Shown in pieces: positions 36,498-37,215 of a stretch of DNA of 37,215 nucleotides. The stretch covers positions 1 through 37,215 of the forward strand of contig JBHLPR010000020.1 in NCBI GenBank assembly GCA_048939245.1, in the 5' to 3' direction. The first letter of the stretch is position 1. Every line of letters starts with the position of its first letter. The translations under genes and the position numbers were made by a program. The notes under the pieces are model-generated. The model was given only the letters and a program-made list of their open reading frames with translations. It was not told where the DNA came from and searched no databases. Origin of the DNA: Promethearchaeota archaeon (GTDB lineage: Archaea > Asgardarchaeota > Hermodarchaeia > Hermodarchaeales > Hermodarchaeaceae).

Positions 36498-36862
36498 CAG
36501 ACGTCCTCCTCTTCAATTTCCCCAGTCCCACGACGCGTCGTCAACGAAATTCCTGAAATAATCAGAACCGAAACGGCCCCCGCATACACTGCAAGTTGGA
36601 AGAAGGCGACCCAGATGGCAAAAAGCGCTAAATAGAGTAAGGCGAGGGTGATAGCTGAGCCAGCGAGGTAGAGTGCGGCATGTAGGAGGTCTTTGTCTTC
36701 GATGGCTAGCACTGCAAAGACGGCCGTCATGATGATCAATATGTAGAATGTGAGAGCTGGGAGAATCAACATAAAAATGATCATCAGAATTGATAAAACG
36801 ATTAATGCAAGAATCCCAATAGTAACAGTGCGTGATAATGACATCATTGGGCACTCCGTCAC
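36497..36862 (-). CDS. nuoJ: Complex I-like subunit J, N-terminal half
   Basis: DLLHAALYL...LY..L.A..VA..QL.VYAGAVSVL motif. Start may be ATG 36847. Confidence 0.8.
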   Translation of the reverse strand: MTECPMMSLSRTVTIGILALIVLSILMIIFMLILPALTFYILIIMTAVFAVLAIEDKDLLHAALYLAGSAITLALLYLALFAIWVAFFQLAVYAGAVSVLIISGISLTTRRGTGEIEEEDV

Positions 36863-37034
36863 AGTGACTGAGGTACTTAGACCCGCTTTTTGAGGTGTTC
36901 TGCTTAAAAGTGTGACTACAAGTTTGAAGTTTTTGCGTTACTGGAACCCTTCATTTTGTTGTGGGCTTTGATGAAAATGATTATACGAGAGGAGCTCCCC
37001 ATCTACCGTTAGAAGCCTGTTTCAGGGAGGATTG

Positions 37035-37215
37035 TTGACTGTTTCATTGCCTCCAACTATCTCGGTATTTGGATACAAGGATTCGGGAAAAACCACAGTA
37101 ACGACTAAAATTATTTCACACCTTGTTGAACAAAAGTTACATGTGCTCAGTGCAAAACATGTAGGTGACCCTGAATTTTCACTGGATTCACCAGGGACTG
37201 ATTCGTATCGACATC
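37035..37215 (+). CDS. mobB: Molybdopterin-guanine dinucleotide biosynthesis protein B (5' part; runs off window end)
   Basis: Not in ORF track. GGGAGG RBS, then TTG start: ...PTISVFGYKDSGKTTVTTKIISHL...VLSAKH...FSLDSPGTDSYRH, matching the MobB P-loop, KH and D-x-x-G-x-D-S-x-R motifs. Confidence 0.85.
   Translation, partial: MTVSLPPTISVFGYKDSGKTTVTTKIISHLVEQKLHVLSAKHVGDPEFSLDSPGTDSYRH

Noticed and set aside
569-36854. Numerous short antisense or alternate-frame ORFs in the track (e.g. 29283-29759, 15667-16050, 8751-9116, 36513-36854)
   Set aside because: They overlap well-supported genes and have no recognisable motifs; treated as shadow ORFs.

Overview
Archaeal chromosomal window. The A-type ATP synthase genes, Alba domain, PGF-type sorting tail and GGTGA/GGAGG ribosome-binding sites support this; an Asgard-like lineage is my inference. 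In order it carries: a partial fdhD; an iron-sulfur flavoprotein; surface beta-propeller proteins; a histidine-degradation cluster (hutU, formiminotransferase, hutI, plus a convergent hutH with a ~90-aa insertion); a membrane-anchored 2xPLD-Alba fusion; an ABC exporter; a Ca2+-type P-type ATPase; scattered A-type ATP synthase genes (H-E, small membrane gene-C, I-K); a ThiF/MoeB enzyme; cysS; a stand-alone complex-I-like membrane module (split J, K, L, M, N); and a partial mobB. The two strongest signals are (1) an atypical ATP synthase membrane sector and (2) the TM-PLD-PLD-Alba protein. In the ATP synthase, the proteolipid has eight fused hairpins that all keep the ion-binding Glu, and the subunit I soluble arm appears to lack its distal lobe. 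I saw no rRNA, tRNA, CRISPR array or transposase. All calls are by-eye motif recognition, without database searches.
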